A stretch of DNA of 64,000 nucleotides from an uncultured Planctomycetia bacterium (lineage in GTDB: Bacteria > Omnitrophota > Gorgyraeia > Duberdicusellales > Duberdicusellaceae): assembly GCA_964634935.1 (NCBI GenBank), contig CAZWJT010000001.1:95480-159479 (forward strand), read 5' to 3'. Made by a program: the position numbers and the translations under genes. Below are positions 27,548 to 36,647 of this stretch, piece after piece (the stretch's first letter is position 1; every line of letters starts with the position of its first letter). The notes under the pieces were generated by a model that saw only the letters and a list, made by a program, of their open reading frames with translations, was not told where the DNA came from and did not search any database.

Positions 27548-28742
27548 CAGTAATCTTCCGAGCTAATGAATCCACGTCTTGAAAAATTTTCATGGCGTTC
27601 TTCTTTTCCTGTTCAAAAGCACCCTGGATTTCCTTACCGATATATTCCCATGACTGCTGATAACCTTCTTTTTGGACATAAGCCGCAAGGATCTTCTGAA
27701 TTACCGAAAGAAAATATCCGGCACTCTGCCAATCTGTCCATCGTAAAGAACGCTTGATAAAATAAAGATTCTGGGCCAAAAAGAATGATTCGCCTGCTTT
27801 TTCACCAGAAAGCCTGACCCCCTCTTGAATTACGTACTCCTGGAGCGGATTAAAAAAATCTCGCCGGTTTTTCACGAATGCGTCCTGAGAACCCGAAGCT
27901 AAAACAAAAACTTTTTTTAAAAAATCTCTTTCTTCCCCGCCAATCTCACCAGACTCAGCCCCGTTTTGAGCAAAATCGGTAATTCGCTTCAGAATACGCA
28001 ACGTATATTCTCGGTCTTTTCTCTGGACGCTTGCGCCGAGCGCGTTAAGCTTCTCAAGCAAAAACTCCACTGAAAGAAACCGTCCCCTCTGGTCTTGTTT
28101 CTCCGAGGCGTATTCCTGAAGGAAAAAAACCAATTGATCAATCTTGCGGTTAAAACGCTCCATATCGGCAGTATCAATGAGCGATTCAAAACTTACCGCT
28201 TGGAGAGTATCTTTTATCTGATCAACCATCTTTTTCTCGGAAACACCTAACTGCGCAGAAGAAAACAACGCAAGAATATCAAGCAGCTTATTGACTCGAA
28301 AAGTACAAAGAACATAATCCTTCTCAAGCACCAGTGAATCAATCACAGCCAACTGACGAAGCACATAGAGAACGATCTTTTCTTGGGAATGCTTTTTCCC
28401 AAAAGCTATATGGAGTAGAGCTGACTGAAAATCCTGAGTATTAGAAAAAAGAAGCGGCTTATCTGCGGCAAGGGCAAGGTTATTCTCAAGATTTGCGAAA
28501 TGATAATTTAATCGGCGAAGTTCTTCTCCGCTAAAATCCGCATTTCTTTCCTTGAAACGGGAAAATTCTTCTTCAAAAATTTCAAGCAAAGGAGGAATAG
28601 TACGAAAAGAGCCATGTGCAACATCAGCTTCAACATCCGCAAGAATAAAAGAAAGAGTGCAATTACCGGAACTGATATCATCAGCAAACAACAAAGCTGG
28701 GAATAAAAACACCAGAAACAAGCACAATGCTTTCTTCCTCAT
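27531..28742 (-). CDS. hypothetical secreted/periplasmic all-helical protein, first gene of the sensor-kinase operon
   Basis: Signal peptide MRKKALCLFLVFLFPALLFADD. About 400 aa rich in Leu/Glu/Lys with no recognisable family. Start placed at the Met preceding the signal peptide, which abuts the smpB stop. Confidence 0.4.
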   Translation of the reverse strand: MRKKALCLFLVFLFPALLFADDISSGNCTLSFILADVEADVAHGSFRTIPPLLEIFEEEFSRFKERNADFSGEELRRLNYHFANLENNLALAADKPLLFSNTQDFQSALLHIAFGKKHSQEKIVLYVLRQLAVIDSLVLEKDYVLCTFRVNKLLDILALFSSAQLGVSEKKMVDQIKDTLQAVSFESLIDTADMERFNRKIDQLVFFLQEYASEKQDQRGRFLSVEFLLEKLNALGASVQRKDREYTLRILKRITDFAQNGAESGEIGGEERDFLKKVFVLASGSQDAFVKNRRDFFNPLQEYVIQEGVRLSGEKAGESFFLAQNLYFIKRSLRWTDWQSAGYFLSVIQKILAAYVQKEGYQQSWEYIGKEIQGAFEQEKKNAMKIFQDVDSLARKITDENTP

Positions 28743-28746
28743 TCTT

Positions 28747-29199
28747 CTACCGGTTGAACCTCCGTAACGTTCTTTGCACATAGCGTTTTTCATCCCGTTC
28801 TTTAATGGCCTTGCGTTTATCATATATCCGCCGGCCTTTTCCAAGGCCAATTTCGAGCTTCGCCAGGCCCTTTTCAGTAAAGTATACCTTAAGCGGAACG
28901 AGAGTAAATCCTTTTTGTGAAACAAGGCCCCATAAGCGATGGATTTCTTTCTTATGAAGAAGCAATTTTCGCTCCCGATATGGATCTTCCTTGAAATAAG
29001 AAGTTTTGTCGAACTCGGAAATATGCATATTGGAAACCCTGATCTCGCCATTCCGTAAATACGCATAACTGTCTTGGATATTGACTCTCCCTAAGCGCAA
29101 CGATTTCACCTCGCTTCCTTTCAATTCAATCCCGGCTTCGAAAGTTTCAAGAATTTCGTAGTTTAAGTACGCCTTCTTATTTGTGCTTATAATCTTCAT
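28747..29199 (-). CDS. smpB: SsrA-binding protein SmpB
   Basis: NKKAYLNYEILETFEAGIELKGSEVKSLR… and a C-terminal basic tail typical of SmpB. Start set at MKIIS…. Confidence 0.85.
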   Translation of the reverse strand: MKIISTNKKAYLNYEILETFEAGIELKGSEVKSLRLGRVNIQDSYAYLRNGEIRVSNMHISEFDKTSYFKEDPYRERKLLLHKKEIHRLWGLVSQKGFTLVPLKVYFTEKGLAKLEIGLGKGRRIYDKRKAIKERDEKRYVQRTLRRFNR

Positions 29200-30152
29200 A
29201 AGCCGGCTGAAAGATAAAAAATCTTGATCCAAACCGGAAGGGTCAAAATACTCCCCAAATGGCTGAAAAGCAAATTTTGTGCAATAAACTCAGCATCAAG
29301 ATTTTTCCAGCGAGCAATCACGGTTAAGGATACCGCTGAGGGTACTGCCGCCTGGATGATGAGAAATAACCCAAATATGTCTTGAATACGCAGCACAAGA
29401 AGCACAAAAAAGAAAACAAGAGGAACAACAACAAGCTTTCCAAACGAAACAATACATAACCCGATGAAACGATCAAAAGTAATACCCCGTAAGGCAGAAC
29501 GGGAAAGTTCATATCCTAGCAGAATCATAGAAAGAACAAAACTGACACTTCCGATCGCAGAGAAACAATCTAATACTGTGGCGGGGATAAATCGGTTCAA
29601 TCCCACGAGAACAAAAAGAAGCGATATCACGGTAGCCTGCGTTGGAAGATTGAAAAAATCTTTGAATTCCAGCTTTGTTTTGGAATTTTTAAAGAAAAAA
29701 TGTGGACTCACTGACCAAAAAATAAAATTAAAACCAATAAGATAAATAAAAATATACACCAGAAACATATCCCGAAGACTCTCCGGAAACATAAAATGTG
29801 CAAGCACCATCGGTAAATACCCGCAATTCTGGAAAGCAAGCAGCGAAACTGTTTCTCGAGGAGGAAACCTCTTGGAAAACAAATAAACAAATAAAAATCC
29901 TAACGCTCCCCCCACGATACAGATAAGAAAACTCCAAGCAATAATAAGAAACCAATGGGGCCGCAAAGCGAACGAAAAATTCCGGGAAAGTTCAGAAATA
30001 ATCAATGCGGGGATACAAACATTAATCAGGACATCGGTAAGAAATTGTGCCCTGGTTTCATCAAGAAACTTCTTATGCTGAAGGAAAAAACCAAACCCCG
30101 CCAAAAGCACAAGCTGAAAAACTACCCCAAAAAGAAAGTTCATACTTCCCAT
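29196..30152 (-). CDS. AEC-family (auxin efflux carrier / Mem_trans) permease
   Basis: 318 aa, about 10 TM helices in two inverted halves. N-terminus FGVVFQLVLLAGFGFFL…LINVCIPALI is typical of AEC/malate-permease-like transporters. Confidence 0.55.
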   Translation of the reverse strand: MGSMNFLFGVVFQLVLLAGFGFFLQHKKFLDETRAQFLTDVLINVCIPALIISELSRNFSFALRPHWFLIIAWSFLICIVGGALGFLFVYLFSKRFPPRETVSLLAFQNCGYLPMVLAHFMFPESLRDMFLVYIFIYLIGFNFIFWSVSPHFFFKNSKTKLEFKDFFNLPTQATVISLLFVLVGLNRFIPATVLDCFSAIGSVSFVLSMILLGYELSRSALRGITFDRFIGLCIVSFGKLVVVPLVFFFVLLVLRIQDIFGLFLIIQAAVPSAVSLTVIARWKNLDAEFIAQNLLFSHLGSILTLPVWIKIFYLSAGL

Positions 30153-30237
30153 ATGAGAATTATAACAGAGAATTTTTTGCTTTCAAATGTGGTCTCCTTG
30201 CAAAAAAGATAGCCTTAGATGAAGCAATCCGCCTGGT

Positions 30238-30729
30238 TTATCGAAACAACGCGCAGACCGCAGGATCTATACGCTTCAGAGTTAGACGCACTTTGTCCCG
30301 ATAGGATCGTAGGTGATCCTCTGTGAATAACCGCGGCTCAAGCTCCAGGAGAGGTTTCAGAACAAAAACACGTTGAAACATGCGTGGATGAGGGATGGTT
30401 AGTATTTTCGTCCGGATTTTTTTCCGGTCATAGAGAAGAATATCCAGATCAATCGTTCGAGGACCGTTTTGTATCGAACGGACTCTTTTCAACATCTGTT
30501 CAATCTTTTGCAGCTCATAAAAGAGATACTCCGGAGAAAGCTTCGTCTGAAGCTTTACGACAGCATTTACATAATAAGGCTGAGGCGGACCTTCGGGAGC
30601 TGTTTCATAGAGGGAAGAGATCTTTTTGACAAAAATTGCCGGGTTTTTTCTCAGCAAGCGTACCGCTCTTTGGATATTCTGCGCGCGTCGTCCTAGATTA
30701 GAACCCAATCCGATATAGGCAATGCTCAC
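30238..30729 (-). CDS. folK: 2-amino-4-hydroxy-6-hydroxymethyldihydropteridine pyrophosphokinase (HPPK)
   Basis: 163 aa: AYIGLGSNLG…, …YETAPEGPPQPYYVNAVV…, …RTIDLDILLY… HPPK signatures. Confidence 0.8.
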   Translation of the reverse strand: MSIAYIGLGSNLGRRAQNIQRAVRLLRKNPAIFVKKISSLYETAPEGPPQPYYVNAVVKLQTKLSPEYLFYELQKIEQMLKRVRSIQNGPRTIDLDILLYDRKKIRTKILTIPHPRMFQRVFVLKPLLELEPRLFTEDHLRSYRDKVRLTLKRIDPAVCALFR

Positions 30730-31880
30730 GCGCGTAGCAAATTTTTGGCTTTACGGAGAATCGTTTTATCTACAGTCAGAGCAAAGCGGATAAACCCTTC
30801 CCCATACTTTCCAAAACCAACCCCAGGGGTTGCCACGATACCCCGGGATAAAAGTAAAGAGCTAAACTCAATTGAAGAAGAGAACTTCTTAGGTATTTTG
30901 GCCCAGACGTAAAATGTTGAATCAGCATAAATTTTACCGAATCCGGAATCCGCAAGAAAACCGACAAAAAGATCGCGTCTTTCCCGAATAGTCCTGCGAA
31001 GAACTCTCGTATACTCTTCCTCCCGCTCCAAAGCAACTTTCCCGGCGGATTGAATCGCTTGGAATACCCCTGAATCTACATTGGTCTTTAATTTCAGTAA
31101 TCCCTGGATAAGCTGCGCATTCCCGCATGCCCATCCCAAACGAAATCCGGTCATGCAGAATGTCTTTGAAAAAGAATGAAACTCAATAGACACTTCTTCT
31201 GCTCCTGGGATCTCAAAAATGCTGGACGGTACTTGGTCGAAATACACCTCAGAATAAGCATTGTCATAGGCAATGATGATTCCGTATTTGACGCATAATT
31301 TCACAAGATCTGATAAAAATTCTTTTGGCGCAAGAGCGGTAGTAGGGTTATTCGGATAATTCAGATAGACAAGCTTTGCTCTGCGCAATACTGACTGCGG
31401 GATCTTCCGTAAATCAGGCAAGAAACAATTCTTCTCCAGTAAAGGCATTTCGTAGATGCGCGCTTCTGAAAGCGCACAAGCACCTCGATAACCTGGATAC
31501 CCCGGCGAAGGGACCAAAATAGTATCGCCTCGATTCACAAAAGCCAAAGGAAAATGTACAAGTCCTTCCTTGGAGCCGAGCAAAGGAAGAATCTGGGAAT
31601 TTTGGTCAAATGTTATTCCGAAACGCCGTTTGCACCAGACCGCTATTGCTTCCCGTAAAGCAACTAATCCGGCATCGAGAGCGTACTTCTGATTCTCTTT
31701 CTTTTGAGCGGCACGGTAAAGTTCATCAAGTACATGCCCAGGTGCTAAAATATCAGGATCGCCAATACTCAAATCTAACAGGGCCTTCCCTTGCGATCGC
31801 AGCATTCTTTTCTGCTTATCGATTTCGGCAAATAAATACGGTGGTAGCCTTTCTAACCTCTTGGCAAGTGTAAAAACCAT
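30726..31880 (-). CDS. dapL: class I/II PLP-dependent aminotransferase, probable LL-diaminopimelate aminotransferase (DapL-type)
   Basis: N-terminal LERLPPYLFAEIDK motif, PLP-lysine region (SFSKTFCMTGFRLGW), YLNYPNNPT. Lies immediately downstream of dapA-dapB. Confidence 0.55.
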   Translation of the reverse strand: MVFTLAKRLERLPPYLFAEIDKQKRMLRSQGKALLDLSIGDPDILAPGHVLDELYRAAQKKENQKYALDAGLVALREAIAVWCKRRFGITFDQNSQILPLLGSKEGLVHFPLAFVNRGDTILVPSPGYPGYRGACALSEARIYEMPLLEKNCFLPDLRKIPQSVLRRAKLVYLNYPNNPTTALAPKEFLSDLVKLCVKYGIIIAYDNAYSEVYFDQVPSSIFEIPGAEEVSIEFHSFSKTFCMTGFRLGWACGNAQLIQGLLKLKTNVDSGVFQAIQSAGKVALEREEEYTRVLRRTIRERRDLFVGFLADSGFGKIYADSTFYVWAKIPKKFSSSIEFSSLLLSRGIVATPGVGFGKYGEGFIRFALTVDKTILRKAKNLLRA

Positions 31881-31891
31881 ATTTTCCCCTT

Positions 31892-32617
31892 TCAGGTAAA
31901 AAGAATATCTTGCATTGTATATATCCCTGGCTGCTTATGCACTATCCAAAGAGCAGCCTGCAAGGCACCTTGAACAAAAATATCTCTCGTCTTGGCGGAA
32001 TGAGAAATCACTATAGTATCGACATCGCTCTCAAAAACAATCTTATGATCTCCAATAATCTCGCCTTCGCGGATTGCGCTAATATCCTTATAGGACATTG
32101 TCCGGGAATGCTGGTTTAGAATATCAACTATTTTCTTTGCGGTCCCTGATGGAGAATCTTTCTTGTGAATATGGTGTGCTTCAGTTACAGCAATAGAATA
32201 ATCCCTTTGTAAAATTTTTGCTGCCTGGCCAACCAAGGTAAAGAGCAGGTTGACTCCAACGCTCATATTCGGCGAGAAAACTATCGGAATGTGCACTGCG
32301 GCTTTATGAATTTGAGCCACGCCTTGTTCAGAAAAACCGGTAGTGCCGATAACCAGGGCTTTTTTGCGCTGGACAACGTTTTCTAAATTTGCACCCATGG
32401 CCGTGGGAGTGCTAAAATCAATGAGACAATCAAAATCTGGAAGAAGATCAATTTTCTCAAACAGAGGAAATTCCTTGAAACGAGAAAAATCCGGGTGATC
32501 TTTCCGCTCCAGACCGCCAATGACCAAGAAATCTTTCCGCTCAGCCGCAAGCGCTTTAACGCGCAAGCCCATCTTCCCGAGCGCACCATTAATCGCGATA
32601 CGAATCATACCAATCAC
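31892..32617 (-). CDS. dapB: 4-hydroxy-tetrahydrodipicolinate reductase DapB
   Basis: N-terminal Rossmann motif (IRIAINGALGKMG). C-terminal DapB motifs (…EAHHIHKKDSPSGTA…). Confidence 0.85.
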   Translation of the reverse strand: MIGMIRIAINGALGKMGLRVKALAAERKDFLVIGGLERKDHPDFSRFKEFPLFEKIDLLPDFDCLIDFSTPTAMGANLENVVQRKKALVIGTTGFSEQGVAQIHKAAVHIPIVFSPNMSVGVNLLFTLVGQAAKILQRDYSIAVTEAHHIHKKDSPSGTAKKIVDILNQHSRTMSYKDISAIREGEIIGDHKIVFESDVDTIVISHSAKTRDIFVQGALQAALWIVHKQPGIYTMQDILFT

Positions 32618-33501
32618 GAACTTCTGACCAATTTATAGTTCCGCAGTGTTTCTTTGAGTTTCAACAGGTTTGCCGAATGCATCGCACAAAGCGGTAATCG
32701 TAATACTGGCTCGATCATCCCCATCAGACCCAAAGCGGTTTTTACCGGAATGGGGTTGGTTTCTATAAACATCGCCTTAATCAAATCATTCAGGTACAAC
32801 TGCAGCTTTCTCGCCTGAACAATATTTCCTTCAGCAAAATGATCAACAAGCATATGAGTCTTTTCCGGTTCGACATTCGCTACCACTGAAATGACACCCT
32901 TGCCGCCTAAAGAAAGAATAGGAAGCGTAAGCGCATCGTCTCCAGAAAATAAAAGAAATTTTCCGTCTACCTCACTCATCAACTTGACTACTTGCTCTAA
33001 GATACCGCTTGCCTCTTTAATCCCGATGATATTCTTGCAATCCTGATAAAGACGCACAACTGTTTCAGAAAGAATATTCACCCCGGTCCGTGATGGAACA
33101 TTGTAAAGAACAATAGGGATAGAAACCTCATTGGCAATCTTCTTAAAATGCTGATAAAGCCCTTCCTGGGTCGGCTTGTTATAATACGGAGTAATGATCA
33201 GAGCGCAGTCAGCCTTTACTTCCTTGGCAAATCGGGTAAGTTCTAAAGCTTCTTTGGTTGAATTTGAACCACAACCAGCAACGATAGGAACACGCCCTCG
33301 AGCCTGATCTACAGCAATTTCGATGATCCTCCGATGTTCAGCATGAGTCAACGTTGCCGACTCACCCGTCGTTCCGCCGACTAAAATACCATCGGTCTTA
33401 TTGTGAATATGCCAATCTACGAGATACCTCAATCGCTCTTCATCAATTTCTTCTTTTTTGTTGAAAGGCGTAACCAAAGCCACAATGCTCCCCTTAATCA
33501 T
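32614..33501 (-). CDS. dapA: 4-hydroxy-tetrahydrodipicolinate synthase DapA
   Basis: SIVALVTPF…GILVGGTTGE…, TIM-barrel DapA signatures, catalytic Lys context (…IIGIKEASG…). Confidence 0.85.
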   Translation of the reverse strand: MIKGSIVALVTPFNKKEEIDEERLRYLVDWHIHNKTDGILVGGTTGESATLTHAEHRRIIEIAVDQARGRVPIVAGCGSNSTKEALELTRFAKEVKADCALIITPYYNKPTQEGLYQHFKKIANEVSIPIVLYNVPSRTGVNILSETVVRLYQDCKNIIGIKEASGILEQVVKLMSEVDGKFLLFSGDDALTLPILSLGGKGVISVVANVEPEKTHMLVDHFAEGNIVQARKLQLYLNDLIKAMFIETNPIPVKTALGLMGMIEPVLRLPLCAMHSANLLKLKETLRNYKLVRSS

Positions 33502-33535
33502 ATTGCCTCCTTAACATTGAACACATGCTTTTCTC

Positions 33536-34015
33536 CTATTGATTCCCCTGTAGTTTCTGCACAAGCTGCACAAAGCGTTCAGCGAAACGACGACAGTTCA
33601 CTTCAGCGCGCTTGTCAGGATTTCCAATCGCTACAGGTCCATAGTGATCTCCCTTGGGATCACCCTGTACAACTATTCCATGGATTAACAAAGCCTCCAG
33701 GATCGAAAGCACCGTTGTTTCGTTGCCACCGGCAACATTTGCCGCTGAGCTAAAAGCACCCCCTGCTTTACCATCGAGTTTGCCATGAAATTGTACACTC
33801 TCATCAAGAAGTTTCTTAATTTGGTATGCACACGTACCATAATAAGTCGGCGACCCTATAAGAATTCCGTTATATTCAAGGAGCATCTTTGGATGAACCT
33901 CTTCCACCGGACGTAAATCAACTTCCACATCATCGGCTTGCATGTGTGAAGCGATAATTTCCGCCATCTTTTTCGTGGCACCACCCTGGGAGTAATAAAT
34001 AACTATTATCTTCAT
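33536..34015 (-). CDS. flavodoxin-like fold protein (WrbA / NAD(P)H-dependent FMN reductase family)
   Basis: MKIIVIYYSQGGATKKMAE… FMN-binding N-terminus, …LIGSPTYYG…. 159 aa. Confidence 0.55.
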   Translation of the reverse strand: MKIIVIYYSQGGATKKMAEIIASHMQADDVEVDLRPVEEVHPKMLLEYNGILIGSPTYYGTCAYQIKKLLDESVQFHGKLDGKAGGAFSSAANVAGGNETTVLSILEALLIHGIVVQGDPKGDHYGPVAIGNPDKRAEVNCRRFAERFVQLVQKLQGNQ

Positions 34016-34099
34016 TTTTTATCTCCTTATCTGAATTCTTGAAGAGCGGGTGTATACTATACCATAAAAATCGCCTTTTTGGAATATCCTTGATTAGGA

Positions 34100-35863
34100 T
34101 TATTGCTCCTTGGCCTTTTCATCTGAAGGTACAAGAACTTTTTTCTTTGACTCGTCCTCCTGTTCATCGTTGCTCAAATACTTACTGACAATCCTCATTT
34201 TTTCCTCAATTTGAGGCCGCTTCTCTTTTGGAGCAATCGTGAACGCGCGGTAGTAAGCGTCATACGAATCTTTCGTTTGCCTCAATGCATAGTACACCTC
34301 GGCTAAATGCTCATGGAATAAATAATCATCCTGGCCGCTCTGGGTTAAATTCCAGACTGCCTTTTCAATATAAGATTTCGCTTGGCTGTAATTCTTTTTC
34401 TGGTACCAAACCCAACCAAGTGTATCAAGAAAAAATGGATTCTTGGGATCAGTGAATAAGGCTTTCTGGGCAAAGTTGAGCGCCTGAGAAAATTCTCGGC
34501 GCTCCAAGAAAATATTCGCCAGAAAGTTAAATGCCTCGCCGTTCTTGGCGTCAAATGCCACAGCCTTCCGGAAATAATATTCGGCGAAATAATCCTGATG
34601 TTGATGGTACAGGCATGTCCCAAGAAAGAAATAAGTCCGGCCATAGAAAGGATTGATATTCAAAGACTCTTCAAGCAAAAGACGAGCTTTCTCAAACTTC
34701 TCTTGCTTTAGCAGGAATACTCCGAGGATCCTCAGTAAATCTTCGTCAAAGACATTATGAGCAATAATCTCATCGATGAGACGTTCGATATAATCAGAGT
34801 ACATGCCGTCTTCAAGAAATTTGGAAAGGATAAAAATGCGATAATCCAAAGAAAACTCGCCTAAAGAAAGTTCCTTTAAAAGCATCTGGTAGGTCTTATT
34901 GTCAGTCACCGCTTTTTTTTCTTCCTTCAGCAGAAGAAAAAGCACCCTGCTTAATTCATCTTGAGGATCTTGCTGGATTAATGAAGAAAAGATGCCCTCT
35001 GCGCGCTGATAGTCTCTGGTCAAAACACAAAGCATAGCTATTTTCTGTCTTAGAAATTTGTCTCCAGGGTCAATCACAGAACACCGGTCAAGCATTGCCA
35101 ATGATTGAGCATTTTCACCAGATGACTGGTATAAATCGGCCAATGCCATGCACCCCTGCTTATTTCCAGCGGCTGCCAACTGCTTAAGATAATTTTCTGC
35201 GTCGGATAACTTACCAAAAGCTTTGTATAAAAGTCCCAGCTTCAACAATAGTTCGCTTTTCTCGGACTGATTCTGCGTTGCATCAAGCGCTTTCTCAAAA
35301 TATTCGGCAGCCTGCCGGTAAGCTCCTTGCGCGTAGAGAATCTCTCCTCGCAAACGAAGAAAAAGGAAACCACCGGATTTTGAAAAATACTCATCAAGAA
35401 TATTCAGTGCGCCCTCATAGTCAAAACTCTTCTGACAAGCAAGCACTGCAAAATAGGCAATACTTCTCATACCCTGAGCAATTCGCAGAACAGTTAGATA
35501 CTTTTCCCGGGCCAAAGAAAACATCCCCTGAACATAATAAATATCGCCCAGATAAACAAGCAAGGCTGGGTTGCGAGGATTTTTCTTCTCCAGAATCTCA
35601 AGATATGCCATCGCGTCACCGAGAAGGCCTTGACGAACTAATGCATCGACTTCTCGCAGGTGGATGCGGATCTCCGGAGAATACGATTCGATACCGTAAA
35701 GCGAACTTTCAAAAAGCGTCACTATTCTTTCGGCATCAAGCGGAAGCGTTGCGAAAGCATCGAGTTTTTCTTTAAAAATTGGGAGCTGCTGCTCAGAAAA
35801 GGCAGCATCGCAGCGGTGACAAAAAAAGAAAACAACACAAATCAAATACCAAATTCTTCCCAT
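34100..35863 (-). CDS. secreted tetratricopeptide-repeat (TPR) protein
   Basis: N-terminal signal peptide and multiple 34-aa TPR-like units (recurring A..Y/F..A pairs, e.g. AEYFEKALD, YYRAFTIAPKE). 587 aa. Confidence 0.6.
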   Translation of the reverse strand: MGRIWYLICVVFFFCHRCDAAFSEQQLPIFKEKLDAFATLPLDAERIVTLFESSLYGIESYSPEIRIHLREVDALVRQGLLGDAMAYLEILEKKNPRNPALLVYLGDIYYVQGMFSLAREKYLTVLRIAQGMRSIAYFAVLACQKSFDYEGALNILDEYFSKSGGFLFLRLRGEILYAQGAYRQAAEYFEKALDATQNQSEKSELLLKLGLLYKAFGKLSDAENYLKQLAAAGNKQGCMALADLYQSSGENAQSLAMLDRCSVIDPGDKFLRQKIAMLCVLTRDYQRAEGIFSSLIQQDPQDELSRVLFLLLKEEKKAVTDNKTYQMLLKELSLGEFSLDYRIFILSKFLEDGMYSDYIERLIDEIIAHNVFDEDLLRILGVFLLKQEKFEKARLLLEESLNINPFYGRTYFFLGTCLYHQHQDYFAEYYFRKAVAFDAKNGEAFNFLANIFLERREFSQALNFAQKALFTDPKNPFFLDTLGWVWYQKKNYSQAKSYIEKAVWNLTQSGQDDYLFHEHLAEVYYALRQTKDSYDAYYRAFTIAPKEKRPQIEEKMRIVSKYLSNDEQEDESKKKVLVPSDEKAKEQ

Positions 35864-35877
35864 GAATCGATGCCGAT

Positions 35878-36195
35878 TTATTTCTTTTCACGAAGCATAC
35901 GTTTTATCTCCTCTATATCCCGCTCAAGGGACCGGATCCTACGCAACACATCTTCCTGGTTTAAAAGGACTTTAGCGATATCACCCCGTATATCATCAGT
36001 GGTCGGCTTACGATAAAAATAATTTGATTCATTGTATTCAACTCTGGGAGAAGCCGGATACACCTTTGTGTCTTGATATTCCACTTTGGTATTCTCCACT
36101 ACTTTATTCCCGGAATCTTGAGCAATAATAGTAAAAGCAGAACAAACCCACGCGCTAATGCCAAAAACCAAAAAACCTAAAATGATTTTTTTCAT
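35878..36195 (-). CDS. hypothetical small secreted protein with C-terminal coiled coil
   Basis: Signal peptide (…GISAWVCSA). C-terminus DVLRRIRSLERDIEEIKRMLREKK. Confidence 0.3.
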   Translation of the reverse strand: MKKIILGFLVFGISAWVCSAFTIIAQDSGNKVVENTKVEYQDTKVYPASPRVEYNESNYFYRKPTTDDIRGDIAKVLLNQEDVLRRIRSLERDIEEIKRMLREKK

Positions 36196-36233
36196 ATCGC
36201 CCTCCTTCGTTCATACATTCTTCCCTCTGTAGA

Positions 36234-36584
36234 TCACCGGTGGAAGAAAAGCTTCTTTAGAACATCAGCTTTCACTTCAACCGAAATAATCCCAAAATGG
36301 TTGATGACTCCAAAAATCATAATCACAAAAGCCCCAGCAATGAGAATCGCCACGAAGCGAAAGAACGTACGTTCATTATGGATGCACATTCTCATGATTT
36401 CGTTGAGACTGCGGATAACATAAACCACCTCGTAGCGAAGATGTTTTTTTCCTTGACTCACAAATTCATCCAAAAGCTTCCGCTCCACTTCAAGGTACCG
36501 TGGATCGTGAAAAACCTCGACCCAGAAAAGAAAATAGACCGTTAAAAGAGAAATGATCAAAACCGCGAATAAACCTATCTCCAT
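36234..36584 (-). CDS. hypothetical two-TM membrane protein
   Basis: 116 aa: an N-terminal and a central hydrophobic helix with a charged cytoplasmic loop. Confidence 0.3.
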   Translation of the reverse strand: MEIGLFAVLIISLLTVYFLFWVEVFHDPRYLEVERKLLDEFVSQGKKHLRYEVVYVIRSLNEIMRMCIHNERTFFRFVAILIAGAFVIMIFGVINHFGIISVEVKADVLKKLFFHR

Positions 36585-36647
36585 ATCGTTTTCTATCCCT
36601 ACAAACGAATCATGTTTTATTGTACCATGTTTCCCAAAAAGAAAAAA

